The notes: generated by a model from the letters alone, not told the origin. Shown: positions 1-8,222, numbered from the stretch's first letter. The stretch: DNA of 50,372 nt from an uncultured Methanosarcinales archaeon (GCA_964360675.1 CAYHXT010000002.1:1-50372); one strand, 5' to 3'. Program-made: numbers and translations.

Positions 1-37
1 TAATCACCTCTTGTGGGGTAGAAATATAACCTAATAT

Positions 38-880
38 ATAAAACTTATCTTAGTTGGGAATGGGGCTTGTAATGCCAATTGTGGTTTCTGCGCAGGAAAA
101 TATTTACGGCCTGAAGCAGGAGAAAATAAGCTTTATGATAAAAATCTTGAAGCAGCCATTAAACTATCTGCTCGTTATGGCGGCTGGTCATTATCTTTAA
201 CTTCCAGCGGAGAGCCGACCTGCGATCCCGAAGCTTTGACCTCTGCACTTAAGATTTACCAAAAATGCGCACGGCAAGGAGCATTTTTTCCCAATGTTAA
301 TTTATTTACAAACGGCATTCTTCTCGGCAATGAAAAATTCTGCGACAAATATCTGGATACTTGGAGAGAATTAGGATTAAACAATGTGGCAATATCCCTT
401 CATGCCGTAGATGAAAAAGAACAAGCTGCCGTCTATGGCGTTGAAAGTTATCCGGCTTTAGAAGCAATTGTTAGTAATGTAGAAAAACACGGTCTTGGTG
501 TTAGGGCTACTCTATTGCTAAGAAAAGGAGGCGTGGATAATTATAAAAAATACGAAAGTGCGATAAACACCTTAATTGATAAAGGTATTGATAACATAAC
601 TTCTTGGCCGGTCAGCAATCCTGATGGGGCCAGAACCGAATATACTCCTTCAAGATTAAGTCTATTCGGAATAAGAATGTGGCTGCGTATGAATGCGAAA
701 CTCTGCCACGGCCACGTGTGGGGCGGCGGCGTTTTTGATTATAAGGGAAACATCTTGAGATATACCGATTATGTCACTAAACACGATCCGGAAAAAGATT
801 TCGTAAGGCAGCTGGTCGTCTTTCAAGACGGGACGGTTGCTTATTCATGGATAAGAGAAGGGGCATTATGCATGAAATGA
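38..880 (+). CDS. radical SAM protein, paralog 1 (start codon uncertain)
   Basis: The frame is open from nt 35 to the stop at 878-880. Nt 53-100 read LVGNGACNANCGFCAGK, with the CxxxCxxC 4Fe-4S triad at 68-91. SSGEPT (SAM-binding type motif) lies at 203-220. The ORF track starts at TTG 236, downstream of the cluster. No ATG, GTG or TTG lies between stop TAA 32-34 and the triad, so the only candidates are ATA 38 and ATC 47. By eye it is clearly paralogous to the next gene. Confidence 0.6.
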   Translation: MKLILVGNGACNANCGFCAGKYLRPEAGENKLYDKNLEAAIKLSARYGGWSLSLTSSGEPTCDPEALTSALKIYQKCARQGAFFPNVNLFTNGILLGNEKFCDKYLDTWRELGLNNVAISLHAVDEKEQAAVYGVESYPALEAIVSNVEKHGLGVRATLLLRKGGVDNYKKYESAINTLIDKGIDNITSWPVSNPDGARTEYTPSRLSLFGIRMWLRMNAKLCHGHVWGGGVFDYKGNILRYTDYVTKHDPEKDFVRQLVVFQDGTVAYSWIREGALCMK

Positions 881-889
881 AGGTATAAG

Positions 890-1690
890 ATGAGTAAACT
901 TAACAGCTTGTCTCTATTTGTTGGAACCGGCCTATGCAATGCTAATTGCGGTCATTGCGCGGGCGTGCCTCTTAGAAGATACGCTCCCAAAGAAGATGGG
1001 CTTATAGATGAAGATTTAATATATACAACGATTAAAACTTGTTACGAACAAGGCGCTAGATATTTATCTATAAGCAGTAGCGGCGAACCCACTTTATCTC
1101 CACTATCAGTTACAAAAACATTAAGATTGATTGATGGATGCAGGGATGAAGGGATTGAATATTCACCTATAAATCTTTATTCTAACGGTATTCGGATAGG
1201 CGGAGATAAAGATTTTGGTGATACTTATTTATCTCTCTGGAGAAGTTTGGGTCTTACCACTATTTATGTAACTGTGCATGACATCGATGAAAAAGAAAAT
1301 GCTAAAATCTATGGGGTAAAAAGTTATCCCCCTCTGGACTTAGTATTGTCTAGGATACATAGCGCAGATTTATTGATGAGAGCAAATATAATTCTTAGAA
1401 AAGAGGCCATTGGCACTTTTGATAAATTTGTTTCAACGGTTGAACATCTAAAAAGGATGGGCGTTGATAGTATATCTGCCTGGCCGATTAGAAATAAAGA
1501 AGATAAAGTTGATCCAAAATTATCTCCACTTGAAAAAGAATTAGATAATATGGGGAGATGGGTTGCAGAACAAAATCCCGAACATAAGATAAGATTGTTA
1601 AGGGAGAAAAGTAGGGTGATATATCTAACTGGTCAAAAACTTACTTTATTTCCTGATGGAACGCTTTCCAATATTTGGTGTAATAATTGA
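890..1690 (+). CDS. radical SAM protein, paralog 2
   Basis: The N-terminus reads FVGTGLCNANCGHCAG (CxxxCxxC), followed by SSSGEPT. It is collinear with the upstream gene (shared LGL..I.V..HD.DEKE....YGV.SYP block). The ATG lies 9 nt after the upstream stop. Confidence 0.75.
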   Translation: MSKLNSLSLFVGTGLCNANCGHCAGVPLRRYAPKEDGLIDEDLIYTTIKTCYEQGARYLSISSSGEPTLSPLSVTKTLRLIDGCRDEGIEYSPINLYSNGIRIGGDKDFGDTYLSLWRSLGLTTIYVTVHDIDEKENAKIYGVKSYPPLDLVLSRIHSADLLMRANIILRKEAIGTFDKFVSTVEHLKRMGVDSISAWPIRNKEDKVDPKLSPLEKELDNMGRWVAEQNPEHKIRLLREKSRVIYLTGQKLTLFPDGTLSNIWCNN

Positions 1691-1734
1691 CCGATTTCTC
1701 TAGTGCGGGATAGGTTCTCGGAAATTACCATAAC

Positions 1735-1745
1735 TTTTAAAAATA
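1735..1745 (+). promoter_or_regulatory. archaeal TATA box for tRNA-Ile
   Basis: TTTTAAAAATA is centred about 28 nt upstream of the tRNA 5' end at 1768. Confidence 0.5.
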
Positions 1746-1767
1746 CTCCGTCGTTTGATTACCACAA

Positions 1768-1930
1768 GGCCCCGTAGCTTAGTCCGGTGGAGCGCACGAC
1801 TGATATCAATAGATGGACATCGTGAGGTCCGGTGTTCAAATGCCAGCAATCTAGGCGAGTTGGGCGGGTTACCAGTAACCCACCGAGCCCAAGTTAAATG
1901 GATTGCGGCGTGAAAGTCACCGCGGGGCCA
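1768..1930 (+). tRNA. tRNA-Ile(GAU) with two introns (canonical 37/38 and T-loop)
   Basis: Acceptor GGCCCCG (1768-1774) pairs with CGGGGCC (1923-1929); discriminator is A1930. D-arm is GCTT/AGTCCGGTG/GAGC. Anticodon stem CACGA (1795-1799) pairs with TCGTG (1820-1824), and the loop reads CTGATA with GAT at 1802-1804, interrupted by about 13 nt (1806-1818). T-stem CGGTG (1830-1834) and T-loop TTCAAAT (1835-1841) are separated from the 3' T-stem CACCG (1918-1922) by about 76 nt (1842-1917). That insert folds into nested helices GCAATC/GATTGC, TTGGGC/GCCCAA and GGGTTA/TAACCC. No CCA is encoded, and an oligo-T tract follows. Confidence 0.8.
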
Positions 1931-1940
1931 CTTTTTTCTT
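1931..1940 (+). terminator. oligo-T archaeal terminator after tRNA-Ile
   Basis: CTTTTTTCTT follows the discriminator base directly. Confidence 0.45.
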
Positions 1941-2075
1941 TAAGTAATCTATAGTCATTATCAAGTATAGTAATCAAATTAATGTCTTGTAGACTATATT
2001 ATTCCCCCTATAAATCTTTAAATATTCTTTACTTCTCCAAAGTTTACGTATATATCAATTGGGGGTGTACATACG

Positions 2076-3095
2076 ATGAAAAAAATAGTGGCAGTTCTTA
2101 GTGTACTATTATTAGTATTTCTTGCCGGATGTAATTACAAAGTTAATACTGCGGTACAGGAAGAAACCAGTTTAGTGGATGAAATAGCTAAAGTGGAAGA
2201 AGAGTTAAGTTTTGGTGCAGAAGAGCAGGAAACTGCAGAAGCGGCTGAAGATGCGGCGGAAGAAGCCGAAGATTTTACAGTCGAAGAGGAAGTAATCCTT
2301 CCGGATCTTCAGGAGCCGGCTCAAGCCAGCGATGAAGAAATGCAGGTTATTGAAGTAAATGAAGATGAAATGGTCCGTCTTAACGTGAAAATAAATGATC
2401 CCGACCAGGATTCAGTAGAGTATTCTTTCACATCACCATTAAATAAGCTGGGGCAGTGGAAAACCAATTACGGCGATGCCGGCGAATATGTGGTTACTTT
2501 GAGCGCCAGCGATGGCCAGTTAACTACAGAAAAGAAAATAAAAATACTGGTTAAGCGCGTGAATGTCCCTCCAGTCATTAATGGTGTTACTGACTTGCGG
2601 GTAAAAGAAGGCGAAACTGTATCTTTCAAACCGGTGATAAATGATCCCAACAAGGATTCAGTAACCGTAACTATTTCTGAACCTTTGAAAAGCGGAACTT
2701 TTGAAACCGACCACGCCAGCGCAGGTGAATACCAAATCGTGGTTACGGCCAGCGATGGAGAATTAGAAACGGAAAAAACATTTACTTTAGTTGTTGACGA
2801 TGTAAATAAATTGCCTGAACTTACCGCTATTGCCGATCTTAGTGTAAAAGAAGGAGAAGTAATAACGGTGGAACCAAAAGTTACTGATTTAGATGGCGAT
2901 GAAGTAACTCTTACCATCAGCGAACCAGTAGGAGACGATGGAACCTGGGAAACCGGCTATACTGACCACGGAGAGTATTTTGTCACAGTTACTGCCAATG
3001 ACGGCAAAGGAACGGTGACTAAAAAAATTAAAGTGGTAGTTGAGAATGTCAATATGCCTCCAGAAATCGTTGGGGTTTCGCTCGCTGTTAATTAA
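2076..3095 (+). CDS. secreted lipoprotein with four cadherin-like Ig-fold repeats
   Basis: Signal plus lipobox MKKIVAVLSVLLLVFLAGC. An acidic E/A-rich linker follows. Then come four units of about 90 aa sharing V.EGE.V...P...DPD.D.V.....PL...G.W.T.Y.DAGEY.V.V.ASDG......I...V..VN.PP. Confidence 0.8.
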   Translation: MKKIVAVLSVLLLVFLAGCNYKVNTAVQEETSLVDEIAKVEEELSFGAEEQETAEAAEDAAEEAEDFTVEEEVILPDLQEPAQASDEEMQVIEVNEDEMVRLNVKINDPDQDSVEYSFTSPLNKLGQWKTNYGDAGEYVVTLSASDGQLTTEKKIKILVKRVNVPPVINGVTDLRVKEGETVSFKPVINDPNKDSVTVTISEPLKSGTFETDHASAGEYQIVVTASDGELETEKTFTLVVDDVNKLPELTAIADLSVKEGEVITVEPKVTDLDGDEVTLTISEPVGDDGTWETGYTDHGEYFVTVTANDGKGTVTKKIKVVVENVNMPPEIVGVSLAVN

Positions 3096-3138
3096 TTTTT
3101 TAACTTTTTTTTAATTTAAATTAAGTAGCTGAGACAAC

Positions 3139-5460
3139 ATGGATACCAAGACCGCAAAATATGTATTTACGTTTCTTGTTCTGATAATTGTCATACCCAG
3201 CGCTATCGCTGCAGTTATGACGCTCCGCGCGCAGGAAACAGATCTGGTTATAGTTGCTCCTGAAGCGATTGATCGGGATAATGATTCAATTATTTATACT
3301 TACTCCCGCCCCCTGAATGAAAAAGGGCAGTGGCAGACCGGTTATGATGATGAAGGAGAATATTTAATCGTCATTACTGCTTCTGACGGAGTTAATGAGA
3401 GCACCAAAGAAGTCTTATTGGTCATAGAAAACAAAAACCAGCCGCCTTACCTTACTGAAAAAAAAATCAGAGCGAAAGAATTGCAGACTATTGATTTAAA
3501 ACAGTTCATCAATGATCCCGATGCTGATCCCTTGGAATATTCTTTCAGCGAACCGTTTGATGGCGGAGGAATTTGGAAGCCAGGTTATAATAATCAAGGA
3601 AGTTTTATCGCTTCATTTACGGTCAGCGATGGGGAATTTACTGTCCCTTTGCGCATGGAAGTGGATATTATCAATACCAACCAACCGCCGGTCATCGCTG
3701 AAACTTTCTCTAATGCCAAATTAATGCCGGCGCAGGAAAACCATAAATTCTCTTTTCATGCAGATGCTGAAGACGGCGACGGAGACAAAGTAACTTATCT
3801 GTGGACTTTAGATGATAAAGTGGTGGGAGATGCAACGCGCGGTGAATATTTCTTCGATTTTGACAGCGCCGGGAAGCATGCTCTTGCTTTAGTGGCAACT
3901 GACGGCCAGAAAGGAGCGCAGGAAGAATGGACAATAGTGGTTGAAGATGTAAACCGCAAGCCAGAATTAAATTTTTTACCCGTTATTGTAAATGAAGGTG
4001 AAACCGTAAAGCTTATTTTGCCTAAAAAAGATGCCGACGGAGAGGTGCTGCAATATTCTTTTGAAGAAAAGTTTGATGAGCAAGGGGTATGGGTAACCGA
4101 TTTTGAAGATGGAGGGACATATTCTATTTATGTCTATGCTTCGGACGGCAAAGAAACAGTAAAAGAGAAAGCAAAAGTAAAAGTAACCGAAGTTGACAGG
4201 ATGCTGCAATTAAATCTTCCTCCCCGATTGGAAGTGCGGGAAGGACAACAATTATCCTGGTCCATAGATGCATATGATCCCGATGGCGACGAAGTAACCT
4301 TCTCTTTTGAAAATGCGCCGGAAGGATCTATTTTTGACCAAAAAACAAAAATTTTTTCATGGACGCCGGGTTATGATTACATCTCCAGGCGGTACGGCTT
4401 GTTTAGCAATATTCTTAACACTCTTCGTTTAGAACAAAAATTATTACAGGTACAAAAAGTAAATATCAAAGTTAATGCCTGCAGCATGGAGCGTTGTATT
4501 TCAGCCGGTTTGCCGTTGTACGTTTACAATCATAATCAACCTCCCGTTTTAGAAATTCCTTCCAATTTCACGGTCACTGAAACTGAATTAGCAGAACTAA
4601 AACCTTCAGCAACGGACCCCGACGGAGATATCGTGCGGTTCTCTTTCAGCTGGCCATTTGATAGCAAAGGCCTGTGGAAAACAGATTATGATGATGAAGG
4701 TGAACATATCGCTTATGTCAATGTCAACGACGGCGTATCTTCTCAAACTTTGCCGGTGCAAATCAAGGTGCTGGGGAAGAATAGGCAGCCTACCATAAAA
4801 GTTACTGATGATAACTTCGCTATAGAAGAAGGCAAGGAATTACGCTTCTTCGTAGAATCTTTTGATCCGGACGATGATACTCTTTCAGTCAAAGCGGAAG
4901 ATCTTCCTGAAGGAGCTTATTTCGTCAACAATACATTTATCTGGACGCCGGGCTATGATTTTGTGCGTAATAAAAATAAGTCTGATTCTTTGTTGAACTC
5001 GATAACGACTCTTAACAAAGGGACGGACAGTACAGAAGATGAACGATGGATTACTCTTGTCGTTTATGACGCAGAATTTGAAGTGCGCCATCCGGTAAGA
5101 TTGACGGTGAAAAATGTCAATCAGGAACCGGTGATCCAAGATGTTAATCCTGTAGGCGGAGCAATAGTCCCTAAGAATCAGCTTGTGACATTTAATGCCG
5201 CAGTAGTGGATAACGATGGAGATGTTTTAACTTACCTCTGGCATTTTGGAGTTGGTGAGGAAGAGGTAACTGAAACGGGTGTCATCAAAAGGACTTTTGT
5301 TAATCCGGGAGAAAAGAAAGTGCGTGTAACTGTCAGTGATGGTGCTGTTGAAGTGGAAAAAGAATGGACCGTAACGGTGCTGGATGAAGAAGCAGTACTT
5401 GATGTTTCCGCTTTAGCATTAGAAGAGCCCAAGTTTAAAGTGTATGTGATTGAACATTGA
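3139..5460 (+). CDS. large surface protein with cadherin-like and PKD-like repeats
   Basis: N-terminal hydrophobic anchor or signal (FTFLVLIIVIPSAIAA). At least seven units of the same DPD.D...Y.FS.P......W.PGYD..G.......DG family as the upstream gene. Two PKD-like units are also present (YLWTLDD..., YLWHFGVGEE...). Confidence 0.8.
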   Translation: MDTKTAKYVFTFLVLIIVIPSAIAAVMTLRAQETDLVIVAPEAIDRDNDSIIYTYSRPLNEKGQWQTGYDDEGEYLIVITASDGVNESTKEVLLVIENKNQPPYLTEKKIRAKELQTIDLKQFINDPDADPLEYSFSEPFDGGGIWKPGYNNQGSFIASFTVSDGEFTVPLRMEVDIINTNQPPVIAETFSNAKLMPAQENHKFSFHADAEDGDGDKVTYLWTLDDKVVGDATRGEYFFDFDSAGKHALALVATDGQKGAQEEWTIVVEDVNRKPELNFLPVIVNEGETVKLILPKKDADGEVLQYSFEEKFDEQGVWVTDFEDGGTYSIYVYASDGKETVKEKAKVKVTEVDRMLQLNLPPRLEVREGQQLSWSIDAYDPDGDEVTFSFENAPEGSIFDQKTKIFSWTPGYDYISRRYGLFSNILNTLRLEQKLLQVQKVNIKVNACSMERCISAGLPLYVYNHNQPPVLEIPSNFTVTETELAELKPSATDPDGDIVRFSFSWPFDSKGLWKTDYDDEGEHIAYVNVNDGVSSQTLPVQIKVLGKNRQPTIKVTDDNFAIEEGKELRFFVESFDPDDDTLSVKAEDLPEGAYFVNNTFIWTPGYDFVRNKNKSDSLLNSITTLNKGTDSTEDERWITLVVYDAEFEVRHPVRLTVKNVNQEPVIQDVNPVGGAIVPKNQLVTFNAAVVDNDGDVLTYLWHFGVGEEEVTETGVIKRTFVNPGEKKVRVTVSDGAVEVEKEWTVTVLDEEAVLDVSALALEEPKFKVYVIEH

Positions 5461-5500
5461 GGTTATTTGGCAGATATTATTCTTGATATCATTCTTGATA

Positions 5501-7078
5501 TCATTCGCACTTCTCTTTGCACGTCCGTACTTTAATATAATGTTCTTTATCAAAAGGGATATAACTTCCTTTCCGTTCAGTAAATTTGAGAGTTTCTTTT
5601 CCGGTTGTATCTTTTTCTAAAACCACGCTATGCGGGGTGTATCCAGTAATAAAATAAAACATTCTGCTCATATTCGGATGAATCCTGACGCATCCATGCG
5701 ATACCCCATAGCCGCTTTCGACGCTGGAAGGCCAGGCCGTAAGATGGACCCTAAACCCATCGTCGTCTCCCTGCCATCCCCGGAAAGGATTTTCCTGCGG
5801 CTTATCAGTATAATGCAATACTGCCGCCATCATGCCAAAGGCATTGAACGGTCCGGGTAAAGTAACCGGTTCGCCGTATTTTTCTTTCGACCAGGGCGGC
5901 GGGTTCCAATGGGGCATGGCAATCAAACTCTTTAGATAGAATTCTCCTTCCGGCGTCTTAAAGAATTTTTTAATTCCCCGCATCTTTCCCCAGCCGCCCA
6001 CCACGGCTTTAGTTTGAAATAACTCCACTTTTTTTCCATCTTCAATCGCATACAGGCGCAGTTTGGTTTTCGTTCTTACTTTTTCCCACTTGCCTGAATC
6101 CCATTTCTCAACATCTATCTCCAGCTGCATGAAATCCTGCTGATACCGTTCAGGAATTTCCAGATAAACAGTCTCGCTTTCTCGTTCCGGCAGCAAGAAA
6201 AATCTTTGTACTCCATCGATAGTATTTAATTGCAATTGCGCAGCAGCATCGTCAACAAGTTTTTCCAATTCCGGAGGTTCAATCACCAGCGGATAGCGGC
6301 CCTCACATTTGGCATGAAAAACCCGCTCTTCAAGAACCTTCCGCACGCCGGCAAACGCATATTCATCAAAATTTTTATTCAGCAATTCTCTGGTAAATAG
6401 GTTAATCCTCCCATCAATATTCCAGTTGTAACGCAGCTGCTGTTGATGGTATTGCTGGTATTTAATAATTGCAAGAGCCGTCTTTTGGTCATAAATCCCG
6501 CTCACTTCCCCCGGATAAAAATTCTCCCAAGCCAAGATCTGCTGGGCATTTTTGATGGTTTGTACTTGCTCCCGTAAAATCTCCAGCTCTTTGGTAAGCT
6601 GCATTTTTTGGTTTTTGGATAATTGCCCGTCTTGCAGCTGCTGTTCCAGAGACGAAATTTTACGGATAGTCTTTTGGGTAGTATAAGGCACAAATTTCAA
6701 TTCAATCTTTGGCTGTTTTTGGTCTCCCCGCCGTCCTATCGCTTCTGCATAATGTTCAAATGGTTTCTGATGATGTCCAAAGCTGGAAAATATCCCGAAG
6801 CGTTCCCGCTGCCGGGGGTCCTGTAAAATTCCTTCAGCAGTAAAATATTGTTCCGCGTCCCTCGATAAGGATAATATCTCCGGGATGAAATGGTCTGAAA
6901 GGTCAATGGTGCATTGTTGTCTTTTTGGCTGGACTTTTTCTTCCAGCTTTTCCAGCGGTTTACTCCCCGATATTTTTACTTCTATTTTTGGGAAAAGTAG
7001 ATTTTCTAATATCTCTGGTTTTTCTCTTTGGCAATTAAGGGCTAATGCGCTAAGAAGCAACAGCTCTTTTTTATTCAT
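5501..7078 (-). CDS. lipoprotein-type L,D-transpeptidase (YkuD fold) with a peptidoglycan-binding-like segment
   Basis: The catalytic-type motif SHGCVR is encoded at 5684-5701 (minus strand) within HLTAWPSSVESGYGVSHGCVRIHP. Upstream, GIYDQKTALAIIKYQQYH resembles PG_binding_1. The likely start is M9 (7078), giving MNKKELLLLSALALNC, a signal plus lipobox-like Cys. Confidence 0.7.
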   Translation of the reverse strand: MNKKELLLLSALALNCQREKPEILENLLFPKIEVKISGSKPLEKLEEKVQPKRQQCTIDLSDHFIPEILSLSRDAEQYFTAEGILQDPRQRERFGIFSSFGHHQKPFEHYAEAIGRRGDQKQPKIELKFVPYTTQKTIRKISSLEQQLQDGQLSKNQKMQLTKELEILREQVQTIKNAQQILAWENFYPGEVSGIYDQKTALAIIKYQQYHQQQLRYNWNIDGRINLFTRELLNKNFDEYAFAGVRKVLEERVFHAKCEGRYPLVIEPPELEKLVDDAAAQLQLNTIDGVQRFFLLPERESETVYLEIPERYQQDFMQLEIDVEKWDSGKWEKVRTKTKLRLYAIEDGKKVELFQTKAVVGGWGKMRGIKKFFKTPEGEFYLKSLIAMPHWNPPPWSKEKYGEPVTLPGPFNAFGMMAAVLHYTDKPQENPFRGWQGDDDGFRVHLTAWPSSVESGYGVSHGCVRIHPNMSRMFYFITGYTPHSVVLEKDTTGKETLKFTERKGSYIPFDKEHYIKVRTCKEKCE

Positions 7079-7201
7079 GAAAGAAAAGAATATTTCTATC
7101 ATTTATTAAGGTAATCCCGTATTCAACAAATTAAGTTTTAAATACTATTAATAATTTAATTAAGCTGACGGAATAACGGGGTCAAGCAAGAAATAAAAAC
7201 C

Positions 7202-7224
7202 TTTATAAACTATAAGTGATATCA
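7202..7224 (+). promoter_or_regulatory. TATA box plus 8-bp palindrome upstream of the first ArsR gene (leaderless arrangement)
   Basis: TTTATAAA (7202-7209) is centred about 27 nt before ATG 7233. The palindrome TGATATCA lies at 7217-7224, between the TATA box and the start. Confidence 0.4.
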
Positions 7225-7232
7225 TAACACAC

Positions 7233-7601
7233 ATGTTAGAAAAGAACACCTTTATCAGGATACACCGGGCATTAATGGGAGATAAACTAATGTATCAAGC
7301 ATACAAATTATTTTTTGGCACACTAACCAGCCACAGCAGATTGAGAATAATAAATCTTCTTAGAAAAAGCCCTAAAAATGTTTCTCAAATCCAGTCTCAA
7401 CTTAAATTAGAACGAACTAATCTCTCTCATGATCTTCAAAGATTGAAAAAATGCGGTTTTGTTAACGTAGAGAAACAAGGCAAATTCAGGGATTATTCAT
7501 TAAATGAAGAAACCATTGAACCACTAATGGTGATTATCGACAAACATATGGGCAAATACTGTAAAAATGTTGTGGAAAAAAATATAAATAAAAAGAGGTA
7601 A
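7233..7601 (+). CDS. ArsR/SmtB-family winged-helix transcriptional regulator
   Basis: LTSHSRLRIINLLRKSPKNVSQIQSQLKLERTNLSHDLQRLKKCGFVNVEKQGKFRDYSLNEE is a typical ArsR HTH plus wing. It lies in a metal-resistance context. Confidence 0.75.
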   Translation: MLEKNTFIRIHRALMGDKLMYQAYKLFFGTLTSHSRLRIINLLRKSPKNVSQIQSQLKLERTNLSHDLQRLKKCGFVNVEKQGKFRDYSLNEETIEPLMVIIDKHMGKYCKNVVEKNINKKR

Positions 7602-7608
7602 TAAAAAA

Positions 7609-7809
7609 ATGAAACAAAATTTAGGAAAATTAGATAGGGTGCTTCGTTTTGCGCTAGCGTTTTGGTGGCTTAGTCCCTGGGCGCCACAGTCCGGCTTATC
7701 AGCAGTTGATTGGGTTATTGCTATCGTAGCATGGATCGCTTTGGCGGAAAGCTTCTTAGGCTGGTGTTTATTGCATCAGCTGCTAGGCATTAACAACAAA
7801 AATCAATAG
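7609..7809 (+). CDS. small two-TM protein, YgaP/DUF2892-like
   Basis: 66 aa with a G.LDR.LR start, two hydrophobic helices and a C-terminal C.L...LGIN pattern typical of DUF2892. The start lies 7 nt after the ArsR stop. Confidence 0.55.
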   Translation: MKQNLGKLDRVLRFALAFWWLSPWAPQSGLSAVDWVIAIVAWIALAESFLGWCLLHQLLGINNKNQ

Positions 7810-7817
7810 GGGAGAAC

Positions 7818-8132
7818 ATGAAAAAAACAACATCAGATACAACATTGCATTACGTGCATCCGACTGGGCTTGCATTTGGGCTGACAGCGGGATTAATATA
7901 TGCTCTTTGCGCTGCTTTGGTAGCACTGTGGCCCGCCCAAACAATAAATTTTTTTAGCAATTGGTTCCATGGGATAGATCTTACAAAAATCTATGTGACG
8001 CCGCAGATTACTTTTGGTAATTTTATGACTGGGCTTGTTGGGGTCATCATAGCTGCTTATTTAATGGGGGCATTCTATGCCTTGGTTTACAATAAATGCG
8101 TTGCGCATTGTAAGCGGCATGGTTGGATTTAA
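7818..8132 (+). CDS. small membrane protein with C-terminal CxxHC motif
   Basis: 104 aa with about three hydrophobic helices. The C-terminus reads NKCVAHCKRHGW, a possible metal ligand set. It is tightly packed with the preceding genes. Confidence 0.5.
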   Translation: MKKTTSDTTLHYVHPTGLAFGLTAGLIYALCAALVALWPAQTINFFSNWFHGIDLTKIYVTPQITFGNFMTGLVGVIIAAYLMGAFYALVYNKCVAHCKRHGWI

Positions 8133-8189
8133 CTTTTTTTTATTTTTTTATCATTTATTTTTTAAGATATCTATTCCGGATACATAAGA

Positions 8190-8222
8190 TTTATAAATCA
8201 TATGTTATTTTTATCACATATG
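8190..8222 (+). promoter_or_regulatory. TATA box and inverted repeat (candidate ArsR operator) at the head of the cop operon
   Basis: TTTATAAA (8190-8197) is centred 26 nt before ATG 8220. The inverted repeat CATATGT (8199-8205) / ACATATG (8216-8222) spans the predicted transcription and translation start. Confidence 0.4.

Noticed and set aside
1800-1824. Alternative reading of the first tRNA's anticodon loop as ATGGACA (anticodon GGA, Ser).
   Set aside because: The gene has a short 5-nt variable region rather than the long arm required for tRNA-Ser. That reading also puts C at position 37. The CTGATA...A reading gives U33, GAU and a purine at 37 with a canonical 37/38 intron.
2468-2917. 149-aa minus-strand ORF inside the cadherin-repeat lipoprotein gene.
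   Set aside because: It is the mirror image of a repetitive sense gene with clear domain repeats. Its composition is Ser/Thr/Val-rich without any motif.
5501-7102. Possibility that the contig is bacterial (for example CPR), given the YkuD transpeptidase, an OMP-like protein, PLD lipoproteins and Shine-Dalgarno sites.
   Set aside because: Ribosomal protein L15e exists only in archaea and eukaryotes. Three tRNAs need protein-endonuclease-type intron removal, including at non-canonical sites. TATA boxes lie at -27 and a class III signal peptide is present. The bacterial-looking genes are better read as acquisitions or host-directed functions.
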